DNA of 64,000 nt from Podarcis bocagei (GCA_964188305.1 OZ076890.1), one strand, 5' to 3'; shown: positions 53,001 through 63,667, counted from the first letter of the stretch. Translations and numbers: made by a program. Notes: generated by a model not told the origin, from the sequence alone.

Positions 53001-56000
53001 AAAGAACAAGAAGCCCAAAAGTCACTTCGGTTTGTGACAGCAGTCAAATTATTTGTTATTCTCTATTCAGCCAATAAAAATCTTCTGCTAATTGTACTGT
53101 TAAACGTTGGTTCCCTTGAGAATGAACCATTTTTTTTACACTGTACTTTAATATATTACAGCCGAAAAGAGTAAGGGAAAAGGTGCTTGGGGACCAATCA
53201 GTTTTGGCCAATGTCCCAGACTTTGTCAAACCTTGCCTAGGGAAGACAAAAAAGTCTTAACTCATATTTTTTTTTGTAATGTGAAGTCTTGAGATCAGAA
53301 GTCTTCAATATCAACAAAGAACAGCATTCATTTAATGAAGTGGCACATAAAAGATTGTTTCTTGGGAAAGCAATAAAAAGGACATGGCATAATATTAAAT
53401 TGTAAATGTTGGTTTCTTATTGCAATTTTCACAAGCAAAGAAAAGCTAACTAACCTTGAAAATTTTACAACAGAAACCTCCAGAAGTTCAATAAAGGGAA
53501 AGTGACTGCTTTGATAAGTTGGGGGACATTTAATGATCACAATTTTTAAATTCTCTGCAGGGGTAGAGTAAAAGCTACTCAGTCTATGGTTTACAGATTT
53601 TTCATGGCTCTATGTAATGTGACTACTGCAGGAAGTTTTCTCCTTAAACAGTGGATTTATCAAGAGTTGTTTGGAATAAAGGTTGATAGACACCTATTTG
53701 AAGATGTTGTCTTTACCACAAATTGCAATAGAACCAGGGCTTTTATTCAGCCGGAACTCAGTTCCGGCACCTCTCAGGTGAGTGCCATTGCCATTATAAG
53801 AGAACAAGGGAGGCATTCATGGTGAGTTCCGACACCTCTTTTTCTAAAAAAAACTGCACTGAATAGAACATTGTGGAAAGGCATTGCTTGTATTGTGAGG
53901 GGAAGGATCAAGTTAGAGTGCACTGATCTGGACAATTACAAGAAATTGTGTAAATGAACTGAAATGCATGCCCAGAAATGTGCATTACATATGGCCATAT
54001 ATCTAATTAATGCTACTCTGTAAGCTCTCAGTTGCTGTATGTAATAAAGCAAGTGGCTCTTTTGTTATCTAGAAACTCTGGCAGTACCTACTTTTCTCCT
54101 TTGAGATAAGCTGAGGGCAGCAAAGTCGTTGAACAAGGATGAACCAGGTGAAGTAAGAGAATCTGGAAAAAAAGGTTACAAAACACATACAGATATAAAA
54201 TAATAATATATTTTAAATATAATATAATAACATTGTTAGTGTTTGAAATCTGCAAAGTAGAGCCAGAAAATAATTTGGCATGTGCCTAAGGAACTGTGCC
54301 TGTTCAGTAGAATTAACTTTCCCCCTCTGTTAACAATCACTATGCCCTGTAAAACTGTGGTGCTTATCAGTTTCTTTGGATTTTGGAATACAAGGGCTAG
54401 TTTAGGAGATTACTTGTATAGAGGCTATGTTTTATCAATATCAGCATTTAAGTCCTATTGAAATCAGAAGTTAACTTAGCATTGGCATATGTTAATTAAT
54501 TCACAATTGTGTGTGCTTTAAGTTGAAGTTTCTCAACTACCAGATAATTCTGCATTATGTCCTCTGCAATCTTAAGCTCTCAAAATTAATGTACATATCC
54601 CTTAAAATCTTCCTTCTTTACTTATAAGTGACTCCCATATGGAAAAGCACAGCTGAAGGTTCCTAGCACTGATGGTAGGAATTGTTAGAAAAGTTAGCAT
54701 GTAAATTCATATAGCTACTTGATGGCACATGTTTCCCATGGACAGGTGCTTAAAGGATTACAGCCAGAACTGGCTACACCTATAACATAAACACTTGCAT
54801 AGGTGATTATTATATTTCATTAAAATACAAACAGATTATAAGGGATGCCCATGACTACAATAGTCTGCCTCCTAAATTATTTTAATGAAATGCCCAGGGG
54901 GAAAGGAATATTGGATTGATTGATTGATTGATTGATTGATAGATAGATAGATAGATAGACTGACTGATTGATTCATCCAAAGATCACAGGGTGGTTCACA
55001 ACGTAAAAATACAAAATGATAACACAAAGTACATAATAAAACAGAAACAAACTAATAAACCCCCTCCCACAATTACATTTAAAAGGCCATAGAATGGTAA
55101 TCAGCCAAAGCACTGGTTGCAGAGAATATATGTAATATATGAAATGTAGGCACCAGGTAAGCCTCCCAAGGGAGAGCATTCCACAAATGGGGAGACACCA
55201 CAGAAAAGGCTCTCTCTTGTGCTGCCATCCTCCATACATCATATACAGCTGGGCCTAAACCCCAACGGAGATGAATCTAGAAAAGATGGTCACAAGAACC
55301 AAAATAGCTTTCCATTTTCAACCAAAATGGATGACTGTTTAGGAAATATGTCTTGCTTGAAAGCAGATTTACTATGTGGCTCTAAAATGTAATATATGAA
55401 GGTAGGGCCTATGCTCTTAACTACAGCAACTTCTCAGTGCATGCCCAAGCCCTCAGGTTTATCTCAAGTAACTCTTTGAATACTGGCCAAAGACTGCTCC
55501 CAAGAATTTTGTTCAAATATTTTATCTGCCTTTTTTTTAAATATCACATGTTGCACAGTAACATATGGAAAGCAAGCAAAACAAAATGGTGATTATAAGC
55601 ATTAATGATAATTAAAACTGAGCTCACTTGTTGAAAGAGGCAGGATACAAACACTTTAAATAAAATCAAGATAAGAATCTAAAGATATTGCAACCACATT
55701 AAAGATCGAAAGCTTTGCCCCCATAAAAATAGCTTAACAAATATTGCTAAATATTAACATAAACATATTGTTAAATATTAAAAAAAAATAATGTTAAGAA
55801 AGTCAACTTTTTACCGTGGCCTGCATAGGGCTTGGCACTGTCATTAAGAAGGCTAGGGGAACTGCTGCTATTTGTCATTCTCTGCAGAAAAAGAAAAAGA
55901 AAAATTGCATGGTGAATACAACAATAGGGATCATGTGCAGTTTTAGCCCATACACTGAAAATTGATGAATAAATATATGGTTAAATATAATGCTAATCAA

Positions 56001-59000
56001 AGTGTTAGCTTTCTGTGACTCCACAAATTGGTGTGTCCAAATAAAAAGCTATAGGAAGCATTTAGTTACTAATTAAAACATTTAATATAAAGTCATACCA
56101 AGTAAACACTGATTTTCATTTAGCCAAGAACATTGTGTAAACATCGAGTTGGATCCAGAGTTTCCGTTCCACAGATGTGACTCTAAACTAAGAAAAGCTC
56201 GTGCTGGAGGAGGGGAAAGTTTTGCTAATTCTTGCTTCCAATTCTGGAGGATCCCCTAATTTACTGAAGAGGTTTTTCAGGGGTCACAGGGAGGAGGAGG
56301 AATAAGTGAAAATTGCCTAAACAAATCCCATGTATCAGTAGACAGATATGTATCCTAAACTTCCCTGAATCCATTACAAGTACAGGCAACAACCGATATA
56401 CAGTGGTACCCCAGGTTACAGACGCTTTAGGCTACAGACTCTGCTAACCCAGAAATAGTACCTCAGGTTAAGAACTTTACAGTGGTGCCTCGCAAGACGA
56501 AAATAATCCGTTCCGCGAGTCTCTTCATCTAGCGGTTTTTTCGTCTTGCGAAGCAACCCTAGCGGATTAGCGCTATTAGCGGTTTAGTGGCTATTAAAGG
56601 CTTAGCGGCTAAAAGGCTATTAGCGGCTTAGAAAAAGGGGGGGGAAAGCGGAAAAAAAATCGGAACACTCGCAAGACGTTTTCATCTTGCGAAGCAAGCC
56701 CATAGGGAAATTCGTCTTGCGAAGCAGCTCAAAAACGGAAAACCCTTTCGTCTAGCGGATTTTCCGTCTTGCGAGGCATTCGTCTTGCGGGGCACCATTG
56801 TACCTCAGGATGAGAACAGAAATCGCATGGTGGTGGCGCGGCAGCAGTGGGAGGCCCCATTAGCTAAAGTGGTACCTCAGGTTAAGAACAGTTTCAGGTT
56901 AAGAACGGACCTCCGGAACGAATTAAGTTCTTAACTCGAGGTACCACTGTACAGGTGTTCAATATGTGCGCAACCTCACATGCAAGCATCACAGTAACCT
57001 GGAAGTGGCTGGAAAAGGGGGTGAAGTGGAGGTGGGGGCGGAAGAGGCCAAGCAGGCTTATGCAGGCTATGCCGTTGTGCGTGATGAATCGGAACGCATC
57101 CCCCACACAAATCAGGGGTTGCTTGTACCCAGATAAAAAGAAGACAGGTTCAACAGAAGGCCAAGTGAGACTCCTGAAATTGTGTTGGGGGTATGTGTTA
57201 CTTTCTATTGAGCCAAGGACACTCCCTTATCAAAACAGAGTTGAAAAATGGGGCCTAGAATCCTAATGAAAGTAGATCTGGACTTTAAGAGAGTTAGAAC
57301 TCTTTGGGACTATCAGAGTAAAAGACAAGAGTGTTCACCACTAGTCAGCATATACTGTAAAAAAAAAATCTGCATCAAAAAACTAAACCACAAACCCTTT
57401 TCTTAACTTCCATACAGACACCGCTCACTTCCATGTTGATCCTTCTGAATTTGTATGATTCAGGATGCAACACACTGTTGCTATGGATCCAAATAGGTCA
57501 TAATGGCCTATTTAGATTTCAGGCTAAAAACAATAAAACCTCAAAAAATGCCCATCATTCAGATGCTACAGGCAAAATATAAGATCCAACATTTAAGGGG
57601 TCTTATTTTCTTTAAAACAACTTTCTACACATATAGCTCTCATTAAGTTTAACAGTTTTATCCAATCAACACAGAGCCAGAAAAGTACTAATTAGCAATT
57701 TCTCAAATCATTGGTCCTTGAACAGAGCTATGTTTATTCTGCAATTCTATGCTGATAAAGCAATGCAGTTTTTTTTAAAGAAAAAGCAAGTTATTGTTTC
57801 TTTGGCTCAAAAAGGCTTGATAATATGTAGAAAATGACTGGTATAATGTGTTTCCCACTCCCCAATTATCTAAAAATATTCAAAATAACCAGTATGTGAA
57901 AATTAGTTAATTCACAGAGTTTATAGTTTACAATATAGATTATCCTTGCAGACAATGTAAATAAAGGAAGACCCAAACGATTCTTCCTCAACTTTGGAAG
58001 GCTTGCTGTAACATTTAAGACAGCCAGGGAGCTAGTTGGATTGTTAGATGACAAAACAGAAGCTAAGGGAGAACAGGGTGATTACAGAGAAGCTTATATC
58101 TTTGCATCAGCCTTCACTGCTGAAAATGCTTGACTGATACCCATGCCTGAACCTATCTTTTCAGGGCTAACATCTGAAGAATTGAATCAAACAGAGGTGA
58201 AGTTCTACAGCTAACTGACAAATACTAAATGCATCACCAGACAGCTTTCATGAAGCATAAGGATATCAACAGTTACTAGCCGATGACTACTGTAGGTTCG
58301 ATCTCCACTGTTGGAGGCATAATGTCAGTTGCTGAGAATCACAAGTGTGGAGAGAGTTGTTCTCCTCAGGTCCAGCTTTCAGACTTTCCACAGGCATCCA
58401 CTTGGCCCCTGTGATAACAGGATGCTGGACTAGATGGGCTGCTGGGTCTGATCCAGCTCACTTTTCTAATGTTCATACACCCTACAGCTCAAGGACTCAT
58501 CTATGTGAACATTGCTGATATCCTAACAAAAGTTCACAATGAGGCAGGAAAATCAACCTTCTTACTGGAAAACTGGGAAATGGCCATCATAAAGCAGCTA
58601 AAAAAACTGAGACAGGAGAAGTCAACACATTTCAGGACAGTTAGCTTAGATTCTAGGTAAATTGATAGAAAGCATTAAAGTAGAATTATTTCTCATAGAG
58701 AAGAACAACCCTTGTGAAAAAGAATAAGGGTGGTTTCAGCAAATATATGTTTTACCAACTACTTTTCTTGCAGAAGTTTACACACACATTCCAAAATATC
58801 AAACATTTTTTTGACATCTGCCTTGGTACCTTAGGGTACAGGGTGAGTAATGATGATGAGGATGTTTCAACTACTACAGTGGTGCCTCGCAAGACGAAAA
58901 TAATCCGTTCTGAGAGTCTCTTCGTCTAGCGGTTTTTTCGTCTTGCAAAGCAAGCCCATTGACGGATTAGCGGATTAGCGCTATTAGCGGCTTAGCGGAT

Positions 59001-61145
59001 AAGCGTCTTAGAAAAAGGGGGGGAGGAGGAAAAAAACCCCGCAGGAACTCGCAAGATATTTTCGTCTTGCGAAGCAAGCCCATAGGAGATTCGTTTTGCG
59101 AAGCACCTCCAAAACGGAAAACTCTTTCGTCTAGCGAGTTTTCCGTCTTGCGAGGCATTCGTCTTGCGGGGCACCACTGTACTACTGTACGATACTTCCT
59201 TATCCTGCTCACCCCACCTTGCATGCAGACTCAGGGTCTGAAAGTGCCTTCTTATGCAATAGGGCCAGGCTGCTATTCCATAACATCAGATTATTATTTG
59301 AAATGCAGACACTATCAGCAGTCATTAGGTGACCATAGAAAAAGGCATGTTACGGAACAAGCCATATTAGAGACATGAGATATGTCATGTGAAAATGAGA
59401 TATGTCATATGAAAGAGCAAATTATTTCAAGGATGCAAATCTTTCTGGGGTTCACTCTTCGGTAGAGGAAAAAGTCATAATTTCTCCTATTCAGTATTAT
59501 TAAGCAGTCAAATCTAAATAAAATTATTGCAAAGACTACTTAAAATTAAGACTTCTAAAATGCTTAAATCTTGGGAGTACAGTAGGCACTTGTAAAAACG
59601 TCAACTGACTTTGGGATGCATTATCCAGAAGTCTCAACGTGGCGTACAGTATGTCTCATTTTAGACTCTACAAAGCCCAAAAAAACTTGCAAAACCCACA
59701 CAAGACCAACCCTCCCAGTATCTTTCAATTTCACACCTCAATTTCACACCCAAGCATATCCTACCTGCAGACTCTTTCATAGCACACCCAATATTTTGCT
59801 TCTCCGGAAACAGTGGCCTCTCTTTCCCCTGCGTTCTTAGCCTTGTATCCCTTAGTCCGAGAGGTGAATTCTTACTTTGCCACTCATTCTCAGAAACAGT
59901 AAGGTCTCACCTGGGAACATTGCCTGCCACTACCACATAAGTAGAACCCACTCTCACTATGGGTCATGGCTCTGCTGCTGTCTTTCTTCCCCTACCCACC
60001 ATCCTGTAATCTATGACAGAAAACTCACACCAGTCCCTTTTCAGCTACAAAACAGTATTACCTATCAATTAAGTGGCCTTACACTCCCAAATAAGTCACC
60101 AAATGGTCAGTGTTATGGGCACATAAATCCAATATAAAACCTGCATTCCAACTGAGATCATCTAAAATTACTGCTACACACTACAGACTGCTTATGCCAA
60201 TTCAACTAACGAAATTACTGACATTAGTACTGAATTGACAATCACCTACTTTATATTATCTTTCTATTCAAACACAGTAAGCTGTGATATCAGATTTCTA
60301 GCCCTCGCTGTATTTAACCATACAGGGCAAACAATCTAGGTAGAGAGTGAACAAATATTTTAGAGAACAAAATTCTGAAAATTCAGTCTGCACAGAAACA
60401 TGAAATTAAGAACAAAATTACACAAAACACAATACATTTGCCCTGATGCAACCTTAATGCAAAGCAGATCCACCAAGTAGCAACAAGCAAGAAAGCATGA
60501 AGTAATTAGCCAATCAGCATACATTTGTCTCAGAAATCAGACCAATGGTGAATCTGCAACCTCACTGATGTTACTGGGTAGATCTATGAACCAACGTCAG
60601 AGCTAGTGACATAGTACACCCTAGAGACTTTATCACAGGTCTGTTAAAAAGCTGCGAGTCTCTGCTGCTAAAGGACAAATCTGTCTGAATAACAAGGCAA
60701 AAAGCTATCTGAATAAACCAAAGTCATATTGGGAATCTTTGTGTCAGCAACGTAACAACCTACTTTTCTCCTTATATTAGCAGAGGGAAGCAGTGATGTG
60801 ATGGGAGGAAGAAATGGCTTTAGTTAAATGGATGATCTAAGATGATTTAGCCAGCCTCAGGATGTAGTGTGGTACCAGTTTTGTAACATCAAACTCCAAA
60901 AATTGTGTTTTTACTTGATGCAGTATATCCTTCTGTGTACTTTTTATGAACTGGCTCCCTATTCTAAATCCTCAATGCAACTGTATTTACCTCTCCTTTC
61001 AGAGGATTTCATGTCCTCTTCTTTAGGGTATGTCCGCACTGGCAGTCATCATTTCTCATTTCATTTTTATCTGTCACTGTCCTTTCACAAGTCTTTCCGC
61101 ATTTCCTGTACACATGTACACCCAGCCCCTGGAAATGAAGGCTTT

Positions 61146-61189
<44 letters not shown>

Positions 61190-63217
61190 ACAAGTTTTCA
61201 GGGATAAACACTGGAAATGCACAACTGCACGAGTGCACCTTCAAACCCACATGATCTTATTTGCGTGGATGGAAAACTAATGCTATTCTAGGCTGCATCA
61301 TCAACAGAAGTATACTGTCCATGTCAAGGGAAGTAACAGTACCACTCTATTCTGCCTTGATCAGACCACACCTGGAATACTGTGTCCAATTCTGGGCACC
61401 TCAATTTAAGAAGAATATTGACAAGCAGGAACGGGTGCAGAGGAGGGCAATCAAGATGATCAAGGGTCTCGAAACCAAGCCTTATGAAGAATGTTTGAGG
61501 GAGCTGGGTATGTTTAGCCTGAGAAGAGATATGATAGTTATCTTCAAATATAAAGTGTTGTCATACGCCTGATGGAGCAAGCTTCTTTTCTCCTGCACTG
61601 GAGGGTAGGGTCTGAACCAATGGATTCAAGTTACAAGAAAGGAGATTCCAACTAAACACCAGGAAGAACTTTCAAACAGTAAGAGCTGTTCAACAGTGGA
61701 AGGGACTCCCCTTGGGAGGTTGTAGACTCTCCTTCCTTGGAGGTTTTTAAGCAGAGGTTGGATGGCCATCTGTCCTGGATGCTTTAGTTGAGATGCCTGC
61801 ATTGCAGGGGGTTGGACTAGATGACCCTCAGGGTCCCTTCACAATTCTATGATAGGAGCAGGGAGAACTAAAAGCCAGGTTTAATAGTTTTTATTAAAAA
61901 ATAGGTAAGTTTAACAAGCTGCTTGAAGGATGGGTGCAATGCCATAAATGCTTAGTTGGAATGTGTGTGGGGGTGTGTGTGTTATATGCAGGAAAAGGAA
62001 AATTTACAGAAAATGAGACGACAAAGGCTTTAGTCCAGACCAAACACACCCAAGCCCCCCACTGTTTAATTCCTTACAAGATTATGCACATGCTCACACA
62101 TATATAAAAGTAATGTGAATACTGATAGATTCTGAGATGCAACATGAACTGTGCCTTCCCCTACCACAAATAAGTAGCAAATTGATATTTAAAACTGTTG
62201 ATCTGGATAAACCCTTGCACTCCATCTCTTGCTGCCTCTCCAATGTTTGCAATATCTTAGAATGGATGGGTATAGCTAGAAGCAGTGTGAGCCAAGATAA
62301 GTGCCAACTCCCTTCAAAAAACAAAACTATCCAAAGCTGTAAAGACTCAAACCAGATGGTGCCTACATGATTACACAAAAAATTCTTACAGAAACTTATC
62401 TCTAACCACTAAACAGCAGACTGTCAAACGTCCAGCACTTATTATCCCTATGTACCACCAGACAACAAGACAATTTCTTTTTGGGAGGGATGTACTCCTA
62501 AGTTAGAGAACTAGCACTTTTGCAGATCTGCTCAAGGGCAGGAAAAAAAAGCCCAGACTGAACCAGATGGAAAGTGTGTGTATACAAGTGGTGCATCATC
62601 ATTTGCACTCTGGGAAACAAATAAAACGGCCCCAAAACTAAGCAACCTACAAGGCCTTTTTCAATTACTATGTCTCCTTTCCCAACCCTCTGCATACAGA
62701 GTGATCAGAAACCAATATCTGGCTTGAGAATTCCCTCATTGGGCACTGTACTTCTCCCATCTCCTAAATGAAGGAGATTCCATGATGGAACTCACATAGG
62801 ATCTCCTACTGGAGCCACTTCCTCTTACATGCACTTCCTCTTACATGCAGTTAGGGATAGGAGGGGAGATATTCTGCAAACTCAACATCTGCATTGGGCT
62901 CCTAGAAACACTGTGTTGATTCCTAGATTGGTTGGAAGAGTTGATTTACTGCTGCTCCATGTGAAGTAATAAAATACAGCAATCCAGAGAAATCTAAAAT
63001 TAGCAGAAAACTGCTAGAAGTAAACTTATTTGCTGCAGAAATATTTTTAATCCTTGGTACATTTTAACCTAGCTGCTTACCAAATGAAATATTACCTGCA
63101 TCATAGGATACTTTGCTTCAGCAGGACTTCCAAACCCATTAACTCCGATGAAGCTGGTGCTGAAGTAGGAGTCTGTAAGACTAGCTTCAGCCAGGGCACC
63201 TCCATCCATGCCTGCAA
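19358..63217 (-). CDS. PAN3: PAN2-PAN3 deadenylation complex subunit PAN3, exons 2-19 (exon 1 with the CCCH zinc finger lies beyond the window end)
   Basis: 18 GT-AG exons in consistent phase, encoding the PAM2 motif ([13 protein letters not shown]), pseudokinase, coiled-coil and C-terminal domain, ending ...[12 protein letters not shown]. The exon-2 ATG (63207-63209) to the stop spans 2226 nt = 741 aa. Confidence 0.97.
19890..20180 (+). mobile_element. Degenerate CR1 LINE fragment
   Basis: agggcaaccaaaaccatcaaggggctggagcaactcccctatgagg resembles the CR1 ORF2 segment seen intact at 61440-61500; boundaries approximate. Confidence 0.65.
20520..20658. mobile_element. hAT-type MITE, near-perfect 139-bp palindrome
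   Basis: CAGGCACCCC...GGGGTGCCTG ends; 8-bp duplication atttagca/gtttagca (7/8 match); arms pair over about 60 bp. Confidence 0.88.
21294..21432 (-). CDS. PAN3: PAN3 exon 18
   Basis: 139 nt [50 protein letters not shown] flanks. Confidence 0.97.
22247..22311 (-). CDS. PAN3: PAN3 exon 17
   Basis: 65 nt [21 protein letters not shown](E), AG/GT flanks. Confidence 0.96.
23499..23628 (-). CDS. PAN3: PAN3 exon 16
   Basis: 130 nt [43 protein letters not shown]. Confidence 0.97.
24461..24600 (-). CDS. PAN3: PAN3 exon 15
   Basis: 140 nt [46 protein letters not shown](L). Confidence 0.97.
26212..26299 (-). CDS. PAN3: PAN3 exon 14
   Basis: 88 nt [29 protein letters not shown]. Confidence 0.96.
27097..27262 (-). 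CDS. PAN3: PAN3 exon 13
   Basis: 166 nt (G)[54 protein letters not shown](R). Confidence 0.97.
28262..28620 (-). mobile_element. Full-length Sauria-type (tRNA-derived) SINE
   Basis: Minus strand begins GGGACGTGGGTGGCGCTGTGGGTTAAACC, has a B-box-like GGTTTGAATCC and ends ..CCCTTTACC; 14-bp target duplication AGAACTGTGAATAA at 28248-28261 and 28621-28634. Confidence 0.92.
29731..29762 (+). repeat. (AC)16 microsatellite
   Basis: Directly visible. Confidence 0.98.
30261..30549 (+). mobile_element. tRNA-derived SINE (Squam3-like) with (CCT/CTT)n tail
   Basis: A-box-like GGTGTAGTGGTTAAG, B-box-like GGGTTCG, core gggtgaccttgggctagtcac, simple-repeat tail about 30494-30549; possible short ggctt duplication. 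Confidence 0.8.
31117..31218 (-). CDS. PAN3: PAN3 exon 12
   Basis: 102 nt (S)[33 protein letters not shown]. Confidence 0.96.
31312..31428 (-). CDS. PAN3: PAN3 exon 11
   Basis: 117 nt (G)[38 protein letters not shown]; followed by a 93-nt intron. Confidence 0.96.
31722..31883 (-). CDS. PAN3: PAN3 exon 10
   Basis: 162 nt (A)[53 protein letters not shown]. Confidence 0.96.
31972..32021 (+). repeat. (AC)n microsatellite, about 25 units
   Basis: Directly visible. Confidence 0.98.
32408..32465 (-). CDS. PAN3: PAN3 exon 9
   Basis: 58 nt [19 protein letters not shown] |gtaagt. Confidence 0.96.
34169..34273 (-). CDS. PAN3: PAN3 exon 8
   Basis: 105 nt [35 protein letters not shown]. Confidence 0.96.
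36303..36550 (-). CDS. PAN3: PAN3 exon 7
   Basis: 248 nt (G)[39 protein letters not shown]...[26 protein letters not shown]. Confidence 0.96.
36891..37669. mobile_element. Old hAT (Charlie-like) non-autonomous element; a related relic lies at about 41345-41725
   Basis: caaggatggggaa...ttccccacgcctt imperfect inverted ends flanked by duplicated tttaaac. Confidence 0.55.
39358..39543. mobile_element. hAT MITE (186 bp)
   Basis: TIRs CAGGGGTTGTCAA / TTGACTACCCCTG; perfect 8-bp duplication ATCTAGTC at 39350-39357 and 39544-39551. Confidence 0.92.
40037..40187 (-). CDS. PAN3: PAN3 exon 6 (PAM2 PABP-binding motif)
   Basis: 151 nt [50 protein letters not shown]. Confidence 0.95.
40986..41238. mobile_element. 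Tc1/mariner-type MITE, family B (253 bp)
   Basis: TA|CAGTGGTGCCTTGCAAGACGAA ... TTCGTCTTGCGGGGCAGCACTG|TA; iterated ttcgtcttgcga. Confidence 0.9.
42230..42620 (+). mobile_element. Degenerate L2-clade LINE ORF2 fragment
   Basis: Frameshifted [28 protein letters not shown] resembles the L2 HALVxSRLDYCNxLYxGLP region; boundaries approximate. Confidence 0.55.
43607..43678 (+). mobile_element. RTE-BovB 3' end (72-bp truncated insertion)
   Basis: gcctggcgtgctctggtccatggggtcacgaagagtcggacacgact followed by a (aac)n tail; 7-bp duplication ATATGCA at 43600-43606 and 43679-43685. Confidence 0.85.
47214..47375 (-). CDS. PAN3: PAN3 exon 5 (symmetric 54-codon exon, probable cassette)
   Basis: 162 nt, phase 0/0, [54 protein letters not shown]; ccatag| and |gtaaaa flanks. 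Confidence 0.92.
49265..49385 (-). mobile_element. CR1 LINE 3' tail
   Basis: Reverse complement ends ...ggactagatgaccc...attctatgattct, the CR1 tail; similar to 61742-61853. Confidence 0.85.
53735..53861. mobile_element. Small hAT-type MITE (127 bp)
   Basis: Perfect 8-bp duplication AATAGAAC at 53727-53734 and 53862-53869; ends CAGGGC...GCACTG. Confidence 0.8.
54092..54162 (-). CDS. PAN3: PAN3 exon 4
   Basis: 71 nt (D)[23 protein letters not shown] |gtaggt. Confidence 0.93.
54914..55240 (-). mobile_element. L2-like LINE 3' end with (GATT)/(GATA) tetranucleotide tail
   Basis: Tetranucleotide run 54914-54972 adjoining tccaaagatcacagggtggttcacaa, a tail motif also seen near 38750-38795. Confidence 0.5.
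55815..55881 (-). CDS. PAN3: PAN3 exon 3
   Basis: 67 nt [22 protein letters not shown]. Confidence 0.95.
56401..56949. mobile_element. Family A MITE interrupted by a family B MITE
   Basis: TA|CAGTGGTACCCCAGGTTA ... TAACTCGAGGTACCACTG|TA; the two halves are colinear with 9893-10128. Confidence 0.9.
56480..56800. mobile_element. Family B MITE (321 bp), nested
   Basis: TA|CAGTGGTGCCTCGCAAGACGAA ... TTCGTCTTGCGGGGCACCATTG|TA. Confidence 0.92.
58877..59179. mobile_element. Family B MITE (303 bp)
   Basis: TA|CAGTGGTGCCTCGCAAGACGAA ... TTCGTCTTGCGGGGCACCACTG|TA. Confidence 0.92.
61149..61186 (+). repeat. (GT)n microsatellite
   Basis: Directly visible. Confidence 0.97.
61272..61853 (+). mobile_element. 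5'-truncated CR1 LINE (ORF2 C-terminal region and 3' tail)
   Basis: [63 protein letters not shown] is characteristic of CR1 ORF2; ends attctatgat. Confidence 0.93.
63096..63217 (-). CDS. PAN3: PAN3 exon 2
   Basis: 122 nt (x)[40 protein letters not shown]; in-frame ATG in strong Kozak context (ggcATGg). Confidence 0.95.
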
Positions 63218-63424
63218 CTAAGAAAAAGAATAATCATTTAAAACTATCAGCTTTGCTTCCCTGACCCCAGGAACGTAAGACGCAAAAAGGTTTTGCTTCT
63301 CAGAATCAGCCCTTTCCTTTAAAAAGTGACCCTAATGGTGCTGTGAAGCTTTTTTTTTTTTTGTAATGATCTCTATGTGATCTTTTATATGTGTAATGTA
63401 ATGTTTTTACTTCTGCCTGCCTAA

Positions 63425-63426
<2 letters not shown>

Positions 63427-63460
<34 letters not shown>
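63427..63460 (+). repeat. (AC)n microsatellite
   Basis: Directly visible. Confidence 0.97.
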
Positions 63461-63462
<2 letters not shown>

Positions 63463-63662
63463 CTGTGAAACAGGAAGACGCTGCTGTGGTAGGTCACTAA
63501 ATAAGGATGACTACTTTGCAATTTCTCACCAACTTGAGAGTGAAAAGCAGCCGTGCTGGGCAAGATACGAATGACAAAATGCCCTACCACAACAATAGTT
63601 ATATGCACAGGTAACACTGTGCTGGGTTTTGTTTAGCAAAATGTTCAGCCTGAACATATGCC

Positions 63663-63667
<5 letters not shown>

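Noticed and set aside
58094-58173. Exon-like minus-strand segment (ttcttcag|, reading [26 protein letters not shown])
   Set aside because: That reading needs phase 1, but the upstream exon 2 ends in phase 0 (giving MLALKR*); there is no other support.
61261-61572. 103-aa ORF as a host gene
   Set aside because: It is a decayed CR1 ORF2 fragment.
62816-62848. Short tandem duplications (also about 8852-8876 and 59375-59414)
   Set aside because: These are ordinary 13-20 bp slippage duplications in introns.
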